The position numbers were made by a program, and so were the translations under genes. Below are positions 23,179-34,592 of a stretch of DNA of 64,000 nucleotides, piece by piece. This DNA is from Heteronotia binoei. Taxonomy: Eukaryota. Location: contig NC_083227.1 of assembly GCF_032191835.1 (NCBI RefSeq), forward strand, positions 30,690,001 through 30,754,000, in the 5' to 3' direction. Below the pieces are notes generated by a model. It was given only the letters and a program-made list of their open reading frames with translations. It was not told the DNA's origin and did no database searches. The stretch's first letter is position 1; each line of letters begins with the position of its first letter.

Positions 23179-23984
23179 TCATGGAACGAGCACTTCCACA
23201 GGTTCTCCTGAGTGGGCAGGAAGCAGAGTGGAATTCTGATTTAATCTCCTGCCAGACTCAGAGGGTTTTGGTAGATTTGGTCGCACATGGATCCTCTCGT
23301 GTTTAAGAAGGCCAGAACTCTGCTTGAACCTTTTCCCACAGTGAATACATTTATATGGTTTCAGTCCGGTGTGGTTTCTCTTATGTCTTGTCAGACTAGA
23401 TTTGTTACTGAAGGTGTTGCCACAGTCTGAACACCGATAGGGCTTTTCGCCAGTGTGGATCCTCTCATGCTTTACCAGGTTGGAACTTTGGGAAAAGCTT
23501 TTCCCGCAGATGGAGCAGCTATAGGGCGTCTCTCCCGTGTGGGTTCTCCCGTGGACAAGGAGGCTGGAGCTCTGCTTGAAGCTCTTACCACAATCTGAGC
23601 ATTTGTATGGTTTCAATCCAGTATGGTTTCTCTCATGCCTGATAAGGCTTGAGCTCTGGCTGAACTTTTTCCCACAGATCACGCAGCCAAAGGGTTTCTC
23701 TCCAGTGTGTTTCCTCTTGTGTCTCGTCAAGCTGGATTTGTTACTGAAGCTGTTCCCACACTCGGAGCACGTATACGGTTTCTCTCCTGTGTGGGTTCTC
23801 TCATGGGTGAGGAGGGCTGATCGTTTCTTGAAGCATTTCCCACAGTCAGGGCATTTGTACCGCTTCTCCACCACATTTTGCCTCTCGCGGTTAACGAGGC
23901 TGGATTTGTCACTGAAGTTTTTGCCATAGATTGTGTAGTAATGTGGTTTTTCTCCAGGGTAGATTATTTCACACTCATTGTCTT
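23179..23984 (-). CDS. ZNF gene 2, terminal C2H2 zinc-finger exon (7 intact fingers)
   Basis: Acceptor cctttctctgtttcag| with phase-1 entry (EDNECEII...); seven CxxC...HxxxH fingers with TGEKP/TGLKP linkers; stop at 23179. Confidence 0.95.
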
Positions 23985-25015
23985 CTGAAACAGAGAAAGG
24001 CAACATCAATCCTTACACAGTCATTCTTTGTTTTAAAGATCCAATCTATTAAAATTTTAATTCAATGGTATTTAACTCTAAAGCAACTTTCTCATATTTA
24101 TAAATCTACCAGTTTATGATGCTGGAAAAGTTGTGGAGCAGATCCAAGCCTCTCTTCCTTCTATTGGGTGAGGCTCCTCCCCCTCCTAGTCCCCTGGGAA
24201 AGGATGGAAAGAGCCAGAACTTCCTTTGCCCAGTTCCCTGGATCCCATGAGAGAGATACAAAGAAAGCACCTTTAAGACCAAGGAGCGCTGATGTTTTAA
24301 GCACCCTTTATTTTAAGTTTTTTAAAAAAATCTTTAATTGTGTTTGTCTGTGTCCTTTATAAAGTTTATATGCTACCTAATCATAAATAGGTACATATAT
24401 GGCCCGGTCCAACATGGCTCAGCCCAGCAAGGTCTCATTTATGTCAGATCCAGCCCTCATAACAAATGAGTTTGACACCCCTGTGTAAGGGTAGTTAATA
24501 TGAAAGTGAGTGACTGGCTCAAAATCACCCAGTAATCTTCATATCCAAGTGGGGATAGGAATCCAAGCATCCTCAGTTCTAAACAGCTACTTTAATCAAT
24601 ACACCACACTGTGGAGTTTTTACACAATACGATCTGCAAAAATGAGCAGATAAAGTTTATTTTATAGTTTCTTCTTGATTCAAACAGCTCTTTTAAACTT
24701 GTTTAAAAATTAAATTTAACACAATTACTGCAACTCGTGGTGGAGGAAAGTGCCATTACATCACAGCCAACTTACAACAATCCTGAATTTTGGAATTTTT
24801 AGCAATTTTCATAAGCCACTCAAATGAGCAAGTTTGGTAGACGAGGGCAGGTTGTTACAATAAATACAATGAAGATAAATAAGATGGTAGGCAAACTAAA
24901 GGAGGGAGCAGGATACAAATGGACTAAATAAAAAATAAAGTCCCTTCTCATCGTGCAACCTATAAACACCCCTTCCCCCCACAGCCTGATTAAATGAGAA
25001 TGAAAGCATTCATAC

Positions 25016-25091
25016 CTAACGAGATGATGCCTGCATGGTTTTGCTGCATGACGTTCACTTTTGATTTGAATTCAACAACTCTGCCTTGCTT
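25016..25091 (-). CDS. ZNF gene 2 candidate exon, degenerate KRAB-A C-terminal half (VMQQNHAGIISL)
   Basis: Acceptor tccctctacaacgcacag|, donor ttag|gtatga; phase-1 end joins 23984 in frame; ATG at 25049 would give 279 aa. Confidence 0.45.
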
Positions 25092-25312
25092 CTGTGCGTT
25101 GTAGAGGGACATCATCCGTGTCGGGAAGAGAGAATTTTTAAAAAGAAAAAAGTATGAGCTAGTGCTGGGAGATACATGGTTTCCCCATTTACCCATATCC
25201 ATTTGAATACAGTTACAAGCTGTATCAGATGCAAAGTGAATCTGTAGATCAAGATCAATAACTTTCCAAAGCATTCAATGGGTGATCTCAAAGCAGCTGT
25301 TTTACTGCAAAG

Positions 25313-25577
25313 GAACTTCAAGAACAGAATGGAGAGAGAAATTGCTGAATTACAAATTATTATGAAACTTGGAACAAACACCTCCCCAGGACTGAACAGG
25401 GATATTGGTTTTTTATCTCATTACAGATGCTAAACCCACTCTCAGAACTTTAAGAACAGAGTGGAGAGGGGAACTGCTGAATTACAAACTATTATGAAAC
25501 TTGGAACAAACACCTCTCCAGGACTGAACAGAGATGTTGTTTTGTTTTTTCATTTCATTACATATGCTAAACCCACT
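25313..25577. repeat. Local tandem duplication, 2 x ~132-140 bp
   Basis: Units start gaacttcaagaacaga (25313) and gaactttaagaacaga (25445) and align throughout. Confidence 0.9.
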
Positions 25578-25580
25578 TTA

Positions 25581-25858
25581 GAGAGCCAGTTTGGTGTAGT
25601 GGTTAAGTGTGCGGACTCTTATCTGGGAGAACCAGGTTTGATTCCCCACTCCTCCACTTGCACCTGCTGGAATAGCCTTGGGTCAGCCATAGCTCTGGCA
25701 GAGGTTGTCCTTGAAAGGGCAGCTGCTGTGAGAGCCCTCTCCAGCCCCACCCACCTCACAGGGTGTCTGTTGTGGGGGAGGAAGGTAAAGGAGATTGTGA
25801 GCCGCTCTGAGACTCTTTGGAGTGGAGGGCGGGATATAAATCCAATATCTTCTTCTTT
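25581..25858 (+). mobile_element. MIR/Squam3-like tRNA SINE (young copy)
   Basis: Head agccagtttggtgtagtggttaag...ggtttgattccc, L2-like tail cctcacagggtgtctgttgtg...gcgggatataaat, (tct)n end. Confidence 0.85.
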
Positions 25859-26340
25859 TTCTTTCACCAAGTATGGCAATATATCCACAGTATTCCAATG
25901 TATTTCTCTTTTAGGATAGTGTATCAAAATAATGATGTTGTATTGACATACTCAAACTAGGAATATTAGCTGTTTATCTTATTACATATAATAAACCCAT
26001 CTTCTACTATATTGTAATGTATTTTTTCCTAATGGCAAACTAGAATGATGTATATATTTATGTTACATGTTAAAAGGTAAATTAGTTGGACAGGAAAAAC
26101 TTCTGGGAAAGAAATGCCTGCTTTTTGACCCAGGTTTATTAGCAATAGAATAATTAACAGGCATTCTCACATTCTCACATGTTACTGTTTTATGGTTTCC
26201 CACGCTAATGCAACCCAGATCAAAGGTTTTCTGAATTTGTTAATTTTACTGTTCTGCTATTGGATTTTAACTTTGTACCACTTGGCATTCCAAACCCCAC
26301 CAGCTATATGTGGCTCTGCTTACTGTACCTCATTCCTCGT

Positions 26341-26430
26341 CTGAAGAAGTGTGCATGCACACGAAAGCTTATGTTCTGAATAAAACTATGTTGGTCTTAA
26401 AGGTGCAATCGACTCCTATTTTATTCTACT
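26341..26430 (+). mobile_element. Penelope-like terminal fragment with hammerhead motif
   Basis: CTGAAGA-a-gtgtg-catg-cacac-GAAA-gctt-atg, followed by the recurrent ttgttggtcttaaaggtgc block. Confidence 0.65.
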
Positions 26431-27094
26431 ACTTCAGACCAACACGGCTGCCTATTTGGATCTATCTTTATTGGCATAATATCCACCAGTCCGTCCATCA
26501 ACTGGCAGTTTGCGAATTCATTGAGTGCCTCCTAGAAGCTAGATACAAAAATTTTGCAACAGTTTCAATTACCAATTGGTTCTGAATGGGCAGCAAGGAG
26601 GCAATTTTACATTGTCAGACTTCAACTGAATCTGTTTACAGATACAAACTGGTAAGTTCTGTTGGGTTCTATTAGGCACGTCAACAATGGCTGGTTTTCT
26701 TTATTTCATTTCAGCCATTTCTACCGCAAGATGGCTAACAATGCACAATAAATCCATGCTGGGTGAAATTCTCATTAAAAATTTAAAAAATTAATCTAAA
26801 ACATATACTAAAATATAAGTACTATACTCTGAATAGAAATACAATTCACCATAGTGCCAGCTCTGTTTGGGGCAACTCAGTTTCTCAAGTGACAGTCCGC
26901 CACTCAAATAGTTACAGAAGTTCTTCAGCAAACGCACGTGCAGAAGTTACTTCAGCTGGTTTGATTGGATGGAAGCAGAATCCTGATGTTCCAGGCCTCA
27001 AAAAAGAGGTCTGCCCTCTGAAAAAGGACATCTGAAACTCCCCCTCCAGACCTCAAAGAACTACTGGCTTCTATCCTTTAGGCAAAAAAATTGT

Positions 27095-27363
27095 AAAGGT
27101 AAAAGGTAGTCCCCTGTGCAAGCACCAAGTCGTTACTGACCTATTGGGTGACATCACATCACATTTTCTTGGCAGACTTTTTACGAAGTAGTTTGCCATT
27201 GCCTTCCCCAGTCATCTACACTTTACCCCCAGCAAACTGGATACTCATTTTAATGACCTCAGAAGAATGGAAGGCTGAGTCAACCTCAAGCTGACTACCT
27301 GAACCCAGCTTCTGCCGGAATCGAACTCAGGCTGTGAGCAGAGCTTGGACTGCAGTACTGCAG
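27095..27363 (-). mobile_element. Sauria SINE
   Basis: Reverse complement of 22459-22755; aaaggtaaaaggta tail on the + strand. Confidence 0.8.
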
Positions 27364-28734
27364 AGGATACCACAAATTACATCAACAGACTCTTCCTGCT
27401 AGCTCTGCTGAATTACAGAGGCATTCTTTTTGTTTGTATTTTGGGCGAATCCTGTCAGTGTAGTTCAGAGGGAGGGAGCTCTGACTTTTAGCCTCTACTC
27501 AGTCCCAAAGCAGGGTGAGCATGGGCAAGTCACTCTTTTTCAGCCCAAATATAGGGATTCCAGACGGGTTTCCAACATCCCCAGGTGCTTTAATGGGCAG
27601 GGCAAGGGGACAGAAATGACATCATATGACATCACATCCAGCAAAAGAAACCTGAATGTGCCATAAACTGTATGCTTTGGATGCTTTGGTACTTACCATG
27701 GAGTTCTTGGGGACGTGTTTACATCATACCAGGGTTTTTGGGCTGGCTGTGGCCTCATGCAACATCATTCCACCCCTCCCTCGACCTTGCACCCACTGGT
27801 CCAAAGAGCATGGGCGGCGTGGGGTTGACCCCTGCCAGCAGTAGCCCTTCTCTCCTAAGCAGACACTTAGCAACCCTAGCCCAAGCTGCTTCTCAGAGTT
27901 GCTGTGAGGGCCAAATGCAAGAGAATAATGTATGCTGTTCAGAGCTCTTTGGATGAAAGGCAGGGAGGGAGAAATAAGAACATGCTAGAGCTTCAGCTAG
28001 AGAAAGACTGCGTGCTATAATCCTTTATCTGGCAGTCCACACTCATCTGGCCATGGGGAAAAACACACCACTGTTCAGTCCCTTATAGGCACAATCCTAT
28101 TTTTGGAACATTTCCCCCTCTCTCATCAAATGCCCTGCACAATGGCTCACATTCATCCGATTTTCAAACACCTTGTATAGGAAGGACTCAGCTGCCCTAT
28201 TTCATTCTGGACAGCCTCGTATTAGCTAATTCCCTGCTATTCACATTTCACAGATCTTACCAACAGTTCTAATCCAACCTCAACTATACTTATTGCCAAA
28301 TTACTTATGCAAATTAATTATCCCTTTCCGGCAACTAACCCCGCCCCTCCCCACCTAGATGTAAGGCTTGAGGAAGTCTTTTTTTAAATGCATCTGAAAA
28401 GTGTGCATGCACATGAAAGCTTACACCCAGAATTAAACTTTGTTGGTCTTCAAAATCTAGTTTGGTTTATGATTTATATCCCGCCCTCCCCAGCAAAGCA
28501 GGCTCACAGTACACAGTATATCACAATAAAACAATTTAGATAAACATTGTTAAAACAGTTAAAACAATTTAAACAATTTGGTGCTAATTTCCATTAAGTT
28601 ACAGATGGCATTCAATGTTCTTAGACTGTGCCACTGAACTCAAGCCTTGTTTTATCCCACTTCTGTTCACTTTCTGTGTTTATATCCCAGCCTTTCTCCT
28701 CCCCAAGAGGAACCTAAAAGCAGCCAAACAAAGC

Positions 28735-28885
28735 AAGAGTCAATTTGCACCTTTAAGACCAACAAAGTTTTAATTCGGAATGTAAGCTTTCATGTGCTCT
28801 AAGCACACTTCATCAGACAAGGAATCAGATACATTCTGAATAAAACTTTGTTGGTCAAAGGTACAACTTGACTTCTACTTTGTTC
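28735..28885. mobile_element. Penelope-like inverted terminal pair with hammerhead on the - strand (28781-28819)
   Basis: Inverted arms around tgt-CTGATGA-a-gtgtgc-ttaga-gcacat-GAAA-gctt-aca. Confidence 0.7.
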
Positions 28886-29346
28886 TAATCGTCCTGTCAG
28901 GGGGTTTGGCCTAATATGCAAATGAGTCACTGCTAGATTTTTTTTTTTCCTACAAGAAAGCCCTGATAATAGTAATAAAATTGTTGATGTTCAGCACTTT
29001 CAGCTGCAACCTCTTCCACATTCCCTGCAACATCCTTGTAAAACAAGCTAACATTTATCAGCTCCATTTACTGCAAACTTGAGGGCTGCGGAGCCAGCCT
29101 TAGGCCACCAAATGACCATTTGGCCGAGGCGATATCTTGCAAAGCCAGACAGTTGCTCATCACAAAACACGTAATTTCCCGGCTGCCTCCTCCCCGAAGC
29201 GTTTCTCTCAGCCCTTTCGCAGTCGGGAGGCAGCTCTCGTCCAGGCGATTTCTCCCACTGACCAGCACTGGCGGCTCTCTCGAGGATCCTTCTCGACGAT
29301 CACAGCCCCATCTTTTGAAAGATAAAAACGGGAGATTCTCACTCAC

Positions 29347-29728
29347 CAAATCCGTGTTAATGACTCGAGAACCGAATCCACACGACCTGCAATTTACCTT
29401 TTGCAGTCGTTCAAACGGATAGAGATTAGGAAGCAACACGCATTTGATAGGAGCGTGTGGAGGGGGTAGGGAGAGAATCCAGAGTTATTTACAGCCCGAT
29501 CGTGAGTCCAAGTAGTTAAAAGAACATTGATCTGAACCAAGCGATCTTAATGACGCGCCCGCCACCAGCCGCTGGCCAATGAAAGGATCTCGGTGGGGTG
29601 TTTGGTGGGAAAAACTGCAAAAACGTCGCACACTTTCTCCTTATTGCTTTTTGTTAAGGCGGCTTTCCCTTTGTTTTCCGCTTCCTACCATGTGACTGAA
29701 GCACAAGCCAGAGTACTGGCAAGCCCAG
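29347..29728 (-). promoter_or_regulatory. CpG-island promoter and first exon of ZNF gene 2
   Basis: CpG-rich ~29080-29700; CCAAT at 29576-29580; ggaagcggaaa block; donors ag|gtaaat (29398) and tg|gtgagt (29347). Confidence 0.6.
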
Positions 29729-29811
29729 CCTTACTAAGCTGCTGCTGGAACACATGGATGGATTTTGCACACAACAGAGAGGTTCAGGGGGGTAGCCGTG
29801 TTGGGCTGAAG

Positions 29812-30084
29812 CAGGGGCGGCCAAACTTGCTTAATGAAAGAGCCACATAGTATAAATATTAGATGCTTGAGAGCCGCAATACATGAACACTAGATGTTTG
29901 AGAGCAGGCAGGCAGGAAAATAGATGGGGGTGGGAGTAGGGAGGGAGAGGTAGAAATAAAGTAATTTAAATGCATTATCCAAGCCACTGGCTTGATTTAA
30001 ATAAAGAAATGTCTTATCCAAGCTGGCAAAACAAGGCGGTGAGGGCTTTGAGAGCCACACCAAGCCACAGTTTGGCCACCCCTG
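29812..30084. mobile_element. hAT MITE inserted into a Penelope fragment
   Basis: TIRs caggggcggccaaac / gtttggccacccctg; TSD ggctgaag / gtctgaag (7 of 8). Confidence 0.8.
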
Positions 30085-30688
30085 GTCTGAAGCAACAGAA
30101 CAGTTTGAGTCCTGTGGTGCCTTTAAGACCAACAAAGTCTAATTCTGGGTGTAAACTTTGGTGTGCCCGGACAATCTTTGGAACTCCCTCCACGGGGAGA
30201 TTTGTCTGTCTCTTTCTGTTGGTGTCTTGTCAGGTGAAGACTTCTTTGTTGCATCTGGCATATCCCCAATAACCAGGCCTTATTTTGGGCAGCAGCTCAC
30301 AGGAGCAGAGCTCTGGAACCTCTAAATTTTATTGTGCTCTTTCTTTATCCCCCACAAAAAAAAAAAAAAAATACTTGCTTCTGAGCTCCATTGTTCAAAC
30401 CCCCTTGAGAATTTTGCTGATTTGACAAACTTTCTAATATTTTCCCCCACAAAAAAATGTGGAAGTAACCAAAACATATAAAACAGACAGATGAAAAATC
30501 ATCGTCATCCACTGTGGTCACATAGGAGAACGTAATAATGGGAGCAGTGTTCCCTCTAAGCTGAGTTCATGTGAGCTAGCTCACAGATTTTTGTCTTAGC
30601 TCAGGAAGGATGGTCCCAGAGCACACTATGCTGTAATTCACAACTTTAATGCCAGTAGCTCACAAAGCAGAATTTTTGCTCACAAGAC

Positions 30689-33600
30689 TCATAGAATCAT
30701 AGAGTTGGAAGGGACCTCTAGGATCATCTAGTCCAACCCCCTGCACAATGCAGGAAACTCACAAACACCTTCCCCCAAATTCACAGGATCTTCATTGCTG
30801 TCAGATGGCCATCTAGCCTCTGTTTAAAAACCTCCAAGGAAGGAGAGCCCACCACCTCCTGAGGAAGCCTGTTCCACTGAGGAATTGCTCTAACGGTCAG
30901 GCAGTTCTTCCTAATGTTGAGCCGGAAACTCTTTTGATTTAATTTCAACCCATTGGTTCTGGTCCTGCCTTCCGGGGCCACAGAAAACAATTCCACACCA
31001 TTCTCTATATGACAGCCCTTCAAGTACTTGAAGATGATGATCATATCACCTCTCAGCCGCCTCCTCTCCAGGCTAAACATCCCCAGCTCCTTCAACCTTT
31101 CCTCATAGGACTTGGTCTCCAGACCCCTCACCATCTTCGTTGCCCTCCTCTGGACCCGTTCCAGCTTGTCTATATCCTTCTTAAAATGTGGTGCCCAAAA
31201 CTGAACACAGTACTCCAGGTGAGGTCTTACCAGAACAGAGTAAAGCAATACCATCACATCACGTGATCTGGACATGATACTTCTGTTGATACAGCCCAAA
31301 ATTGCATTTGCCTTTTTAGCCACCACATCACACTGTTGACTCATGTTCAGAGTATGATCCACTAAGACCCCTAGATCCTTTTCGCACATACTACTGCTAA
31401 GACAAGTCTCCCCCATTCTATAACCATGCATTGCATTTTTCCTACTGAAATGCAGAACCTTACATTTATCCCTGTTGAAATTCATGTTATTGGTTTTAGC
31501 CCAGTTTTCCAGCCTGTCAAGGTCATCCTGTATCCTGTTTCTGTCTTCTTCTGTGTATGCAACCCCTCCCAATTTAGTATCATCTGCAAATTTAATAAGC
31601 ATTCCCTCTATTCCTTCATCCAAATAATTGATAAAGATGTTGAACAAAACAGGTCCCAGGACAGATCCTTGAGGCACTCCACTTGTCACTCCTCTCCAAG
31701 AGGATGAGGAACCATTCACAAGCACTTTGGGTGCGATTTGTCAACCAGTTACAGATCCACCTAATGGTAACAGGATCCAAACCACATTTTACCAACTTGT
31801 CAACAAGGATAGTATGTGGAACCTTATCAAAAGCCTTACTGTAATCAAGATAAACAATGTCTACAGCATTCCCCCAATCCAGCAAGGTAGTCACTTTCTC
31901 AAAAAAAGAGATCAGGTTAGTCTGACATGCCTTGTTCTTGAGAAAACCATGCTGGCTCTTAGTAATCACATCTATTCTTTCTAAATGTTCCAGGACCAAC
32001 TGTTTGATTATTTGTTCTAAAACTTTTCCAGGTATAATCGTCAAGCTGATGGGTCGGTAGTTACCTGGATCCTCTGTTTTCCCCTTCTTGAAGATGGGGA
32101 CAACATTCGCCCAACTCCAATCTTTCGGCACCTCTCCTGTTCTCCAAGAATTTTCAAAAATAATAGCCAGAGGCTCAGAAATTACATCCGCAAGCTCTTT
32201 TAGAACCCTTGGATGCAATTCATCTGGCCCTGAGGACTTAGTTTCATTTAAAGAAACTATGTGTTTATGCACTACCCTTACGCTGATCCTTGGTTGGAAC
32301 TTCATACCTTCCTTATATGTTCTGTTTTTGCCATGTTGAGCACCGTTCCCCTCAGAAGAGAAGACTGAGGAAAAGTAGGAAATGAGCAGTTCCACCCTCT
32401 CTTCATTACCTGTTACAATTTCACTTTCTTGCCCTCGCAATGGGTTTACCATGTCCTTGCTCTTTTTCTTACACTGAACATAAGAAATGAACCATTTTTT
32501 TGTTGTTTTTAGCATCTTTGGCCAGCCTAAGCTCATAGCTTTAGCTTTCCTAACTTTTTCTCTACAAGCACTAGTGATTTTTTTATATTCATCCTTGGTT
32601 ATAAGGCCCTCCTTCCAATTCCTAAAGGAGTCTTTTTATTTCACAAGTCTTTAGAGAGCTGTTTATGAAGCCACTTTGGCTTCTTTAGGCTTTTTCCATT
32701 TTTTCTTCTCATAGGAATCATCTGTGATTGCACTTTCGGTATTTTGCTTTTAAGAAACTCCACCCCTCCTGAACCCCCTTCCTCCTAAGTATTTCTGACC
32801 ACGGGATTTTACCCAGCATAGTTCTAAGTTTATCAAAGTTTGCCTTTCTGAAGTCCAACCTATAAGTCTGACTACATATAGCTTTCCCCTTCCCTAAGAC
32901 TAGGCTTGCCAATCCCCAGGTCCCAGCGGGGGTTCTTCCCACTTTCCCAAGCTCCTTCCCACCCCCAGTCAGCAGGTCAGTGGGGGGAAGCCCCACCCCC
33001 AGAGGACCATGTGCCTGTCCCCCTACGGAGGCTTCAGTCTCCAATTGAAAGGCTTCCTCTTGGGGTGGGGTGTCTGTGTTACTTTGAAGAAATTGGCAGC
33101 AACTCGTGAGTAGAGAGGCCAATCCCCAGAAACAGAGGGGTGGGGGATATGTCTGCTGGGCGCTTCATTATTCCCTGTGTGGAGATGGATTCTCATAGGG
33201 TATAATGGGGAATTGATCTGGAGGTTTCGGGGGCTCTGGGGGAGCTGTTTTTTGAGATAGAGGCACCAAATTTTCAGTATAGCATCTAGTGCCTCTCCCC
33301 AAAGTACCCCCCAAGTTTCAAAATGATTGGACCATGGGGTCCAATTCTATGAGCCCCAAAAGAAGGTGCCCCTATCCTTCATTATTTCCTATGGAAGGAA
33401 GACATTTAAAAAGGTGTGCGGTCCCTTTAAATGCTCTCTTGGAGTTCAATGATGCTTGTCACACCCTTGTTCCTGGCTCCTCTCCCAATGTTTCCTGGCT
33501 CCACCCCCAAAGTCTCCTGGCTCCACCCCCAAAGTCCCCAGATATTTCTTGAATTGGACTTGGCAACCCTACCTAAGACTGTAAATTCCAAAATCACATG

Positions 33601-34255
33601 GTCACTACTGCCCAGGGTGCCCACTATTTCCACTTCTTCAATCAATTCTTCCTTGTTGGTGAGAATCAAATTCAAGATAGCAGATCCCCTTGTTTCCTTC
33701 TTCACTTTCTGAAAAAGGAAGTTGTCAGCAAGACAAGTCAGGAATCTATTTGACTTTTCACTTTTAGCAGAGTTGGACTTCCAACAGATGTCCAGGTAAT
33801 TGAAATCTCCCTTGATCACTGTATCTCTTCTCTTGGAGAACTTTGCAATCTGCTGTAGAAGTATCTCATCCAAGTCCTCTGCCTGACTTAGTGGTCTATA
33901 GCAGACCCCCACAATAATATCACTGTTGTTTCTTACTCCTTTTATTTTTACCCAGAGACTCTCAACTGAGCTGCCATGCTCTGATTCACATATTTCCTCA
34001 CAAGTATATACCTCCTTCACATATGCTGCTACGCCTCCACCCTTTCTCATTTGCCTGTCCCTTTTAAATAAGTTGTACCCCTGAATCCTAATATTCCAGT
34101 TGTGAGTGTCATCCCACCATGTTTCTGTAAGGCCTATTATGTCATAGTCTCCTTCCTTTATTAGGACTTCCAGTTCCTCCTGTTTGTTTCCCATAATCTG
34201 TGCATTAGTGTAGAGACATTGGAATCCACGTTGTATGCATCCTGATGTTGTCACT
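30689..34255 (-). mobile_element. CR1 LINE, near-complete ORF2 (APE endonuclease and RT), frameshifted, interrupted by a MITE
   Basis: CLYTNAQ...GLTETWWDD...VGVCYRP...GDFNY (EN); LDYSKAFDKVPH, GVPQGSVLGPVLFNIFI, KFADDTKL (RT); (attctatg)n-type tail at ~30689-30706. Confidence 0.95.
32901..33571. mobile_element. hAT MITE (TAGGG family) nested in the CR1
   Basis: Ends taggcttgccaa / ttggcaacccta; perfect TSD cctaagac at 32893-32900 and 33572-33579. Confidence 0.92.
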
Positions 34256-34482
34256 GTGATTCTACAGTGTGAGCCCCCTTTTATCCGTAGCGTCCCTCTA
34301 ACCCTATCAGGGACATTTCACACTGGCATTGCTCTTTGGGGGTGGGGCTTCTCAAGCTAGCCAGCTGGCTGCCAGCAGGCAAAAACTTCCAAAATTGGGG
34401 GATCTCCTGCCATCTGGGAACCCTAGATCTGGACCAGATGACACGTCTGTTCTGTGGGGAATGCAGAACACTCTGGGATTCT

Positions 34483-34592
34483 TCAGTCCCATGGGAAGGT
34501 CATGTTCACACCCCGCATATTCTCCCGATAGACACGGTCAAAGAGTTCACTTTGTGCCACAGTCAAGTGGTTCTTCCAGTCCCCAGAGATTC
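34483..34592 (-). CDS. SULT2B1-like: SULT2 exon 6 ([36 protein letters not shown])
   Basis: Acceptor ttgttccag|; TGA at 34485-34483. Confidence 0.93.
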
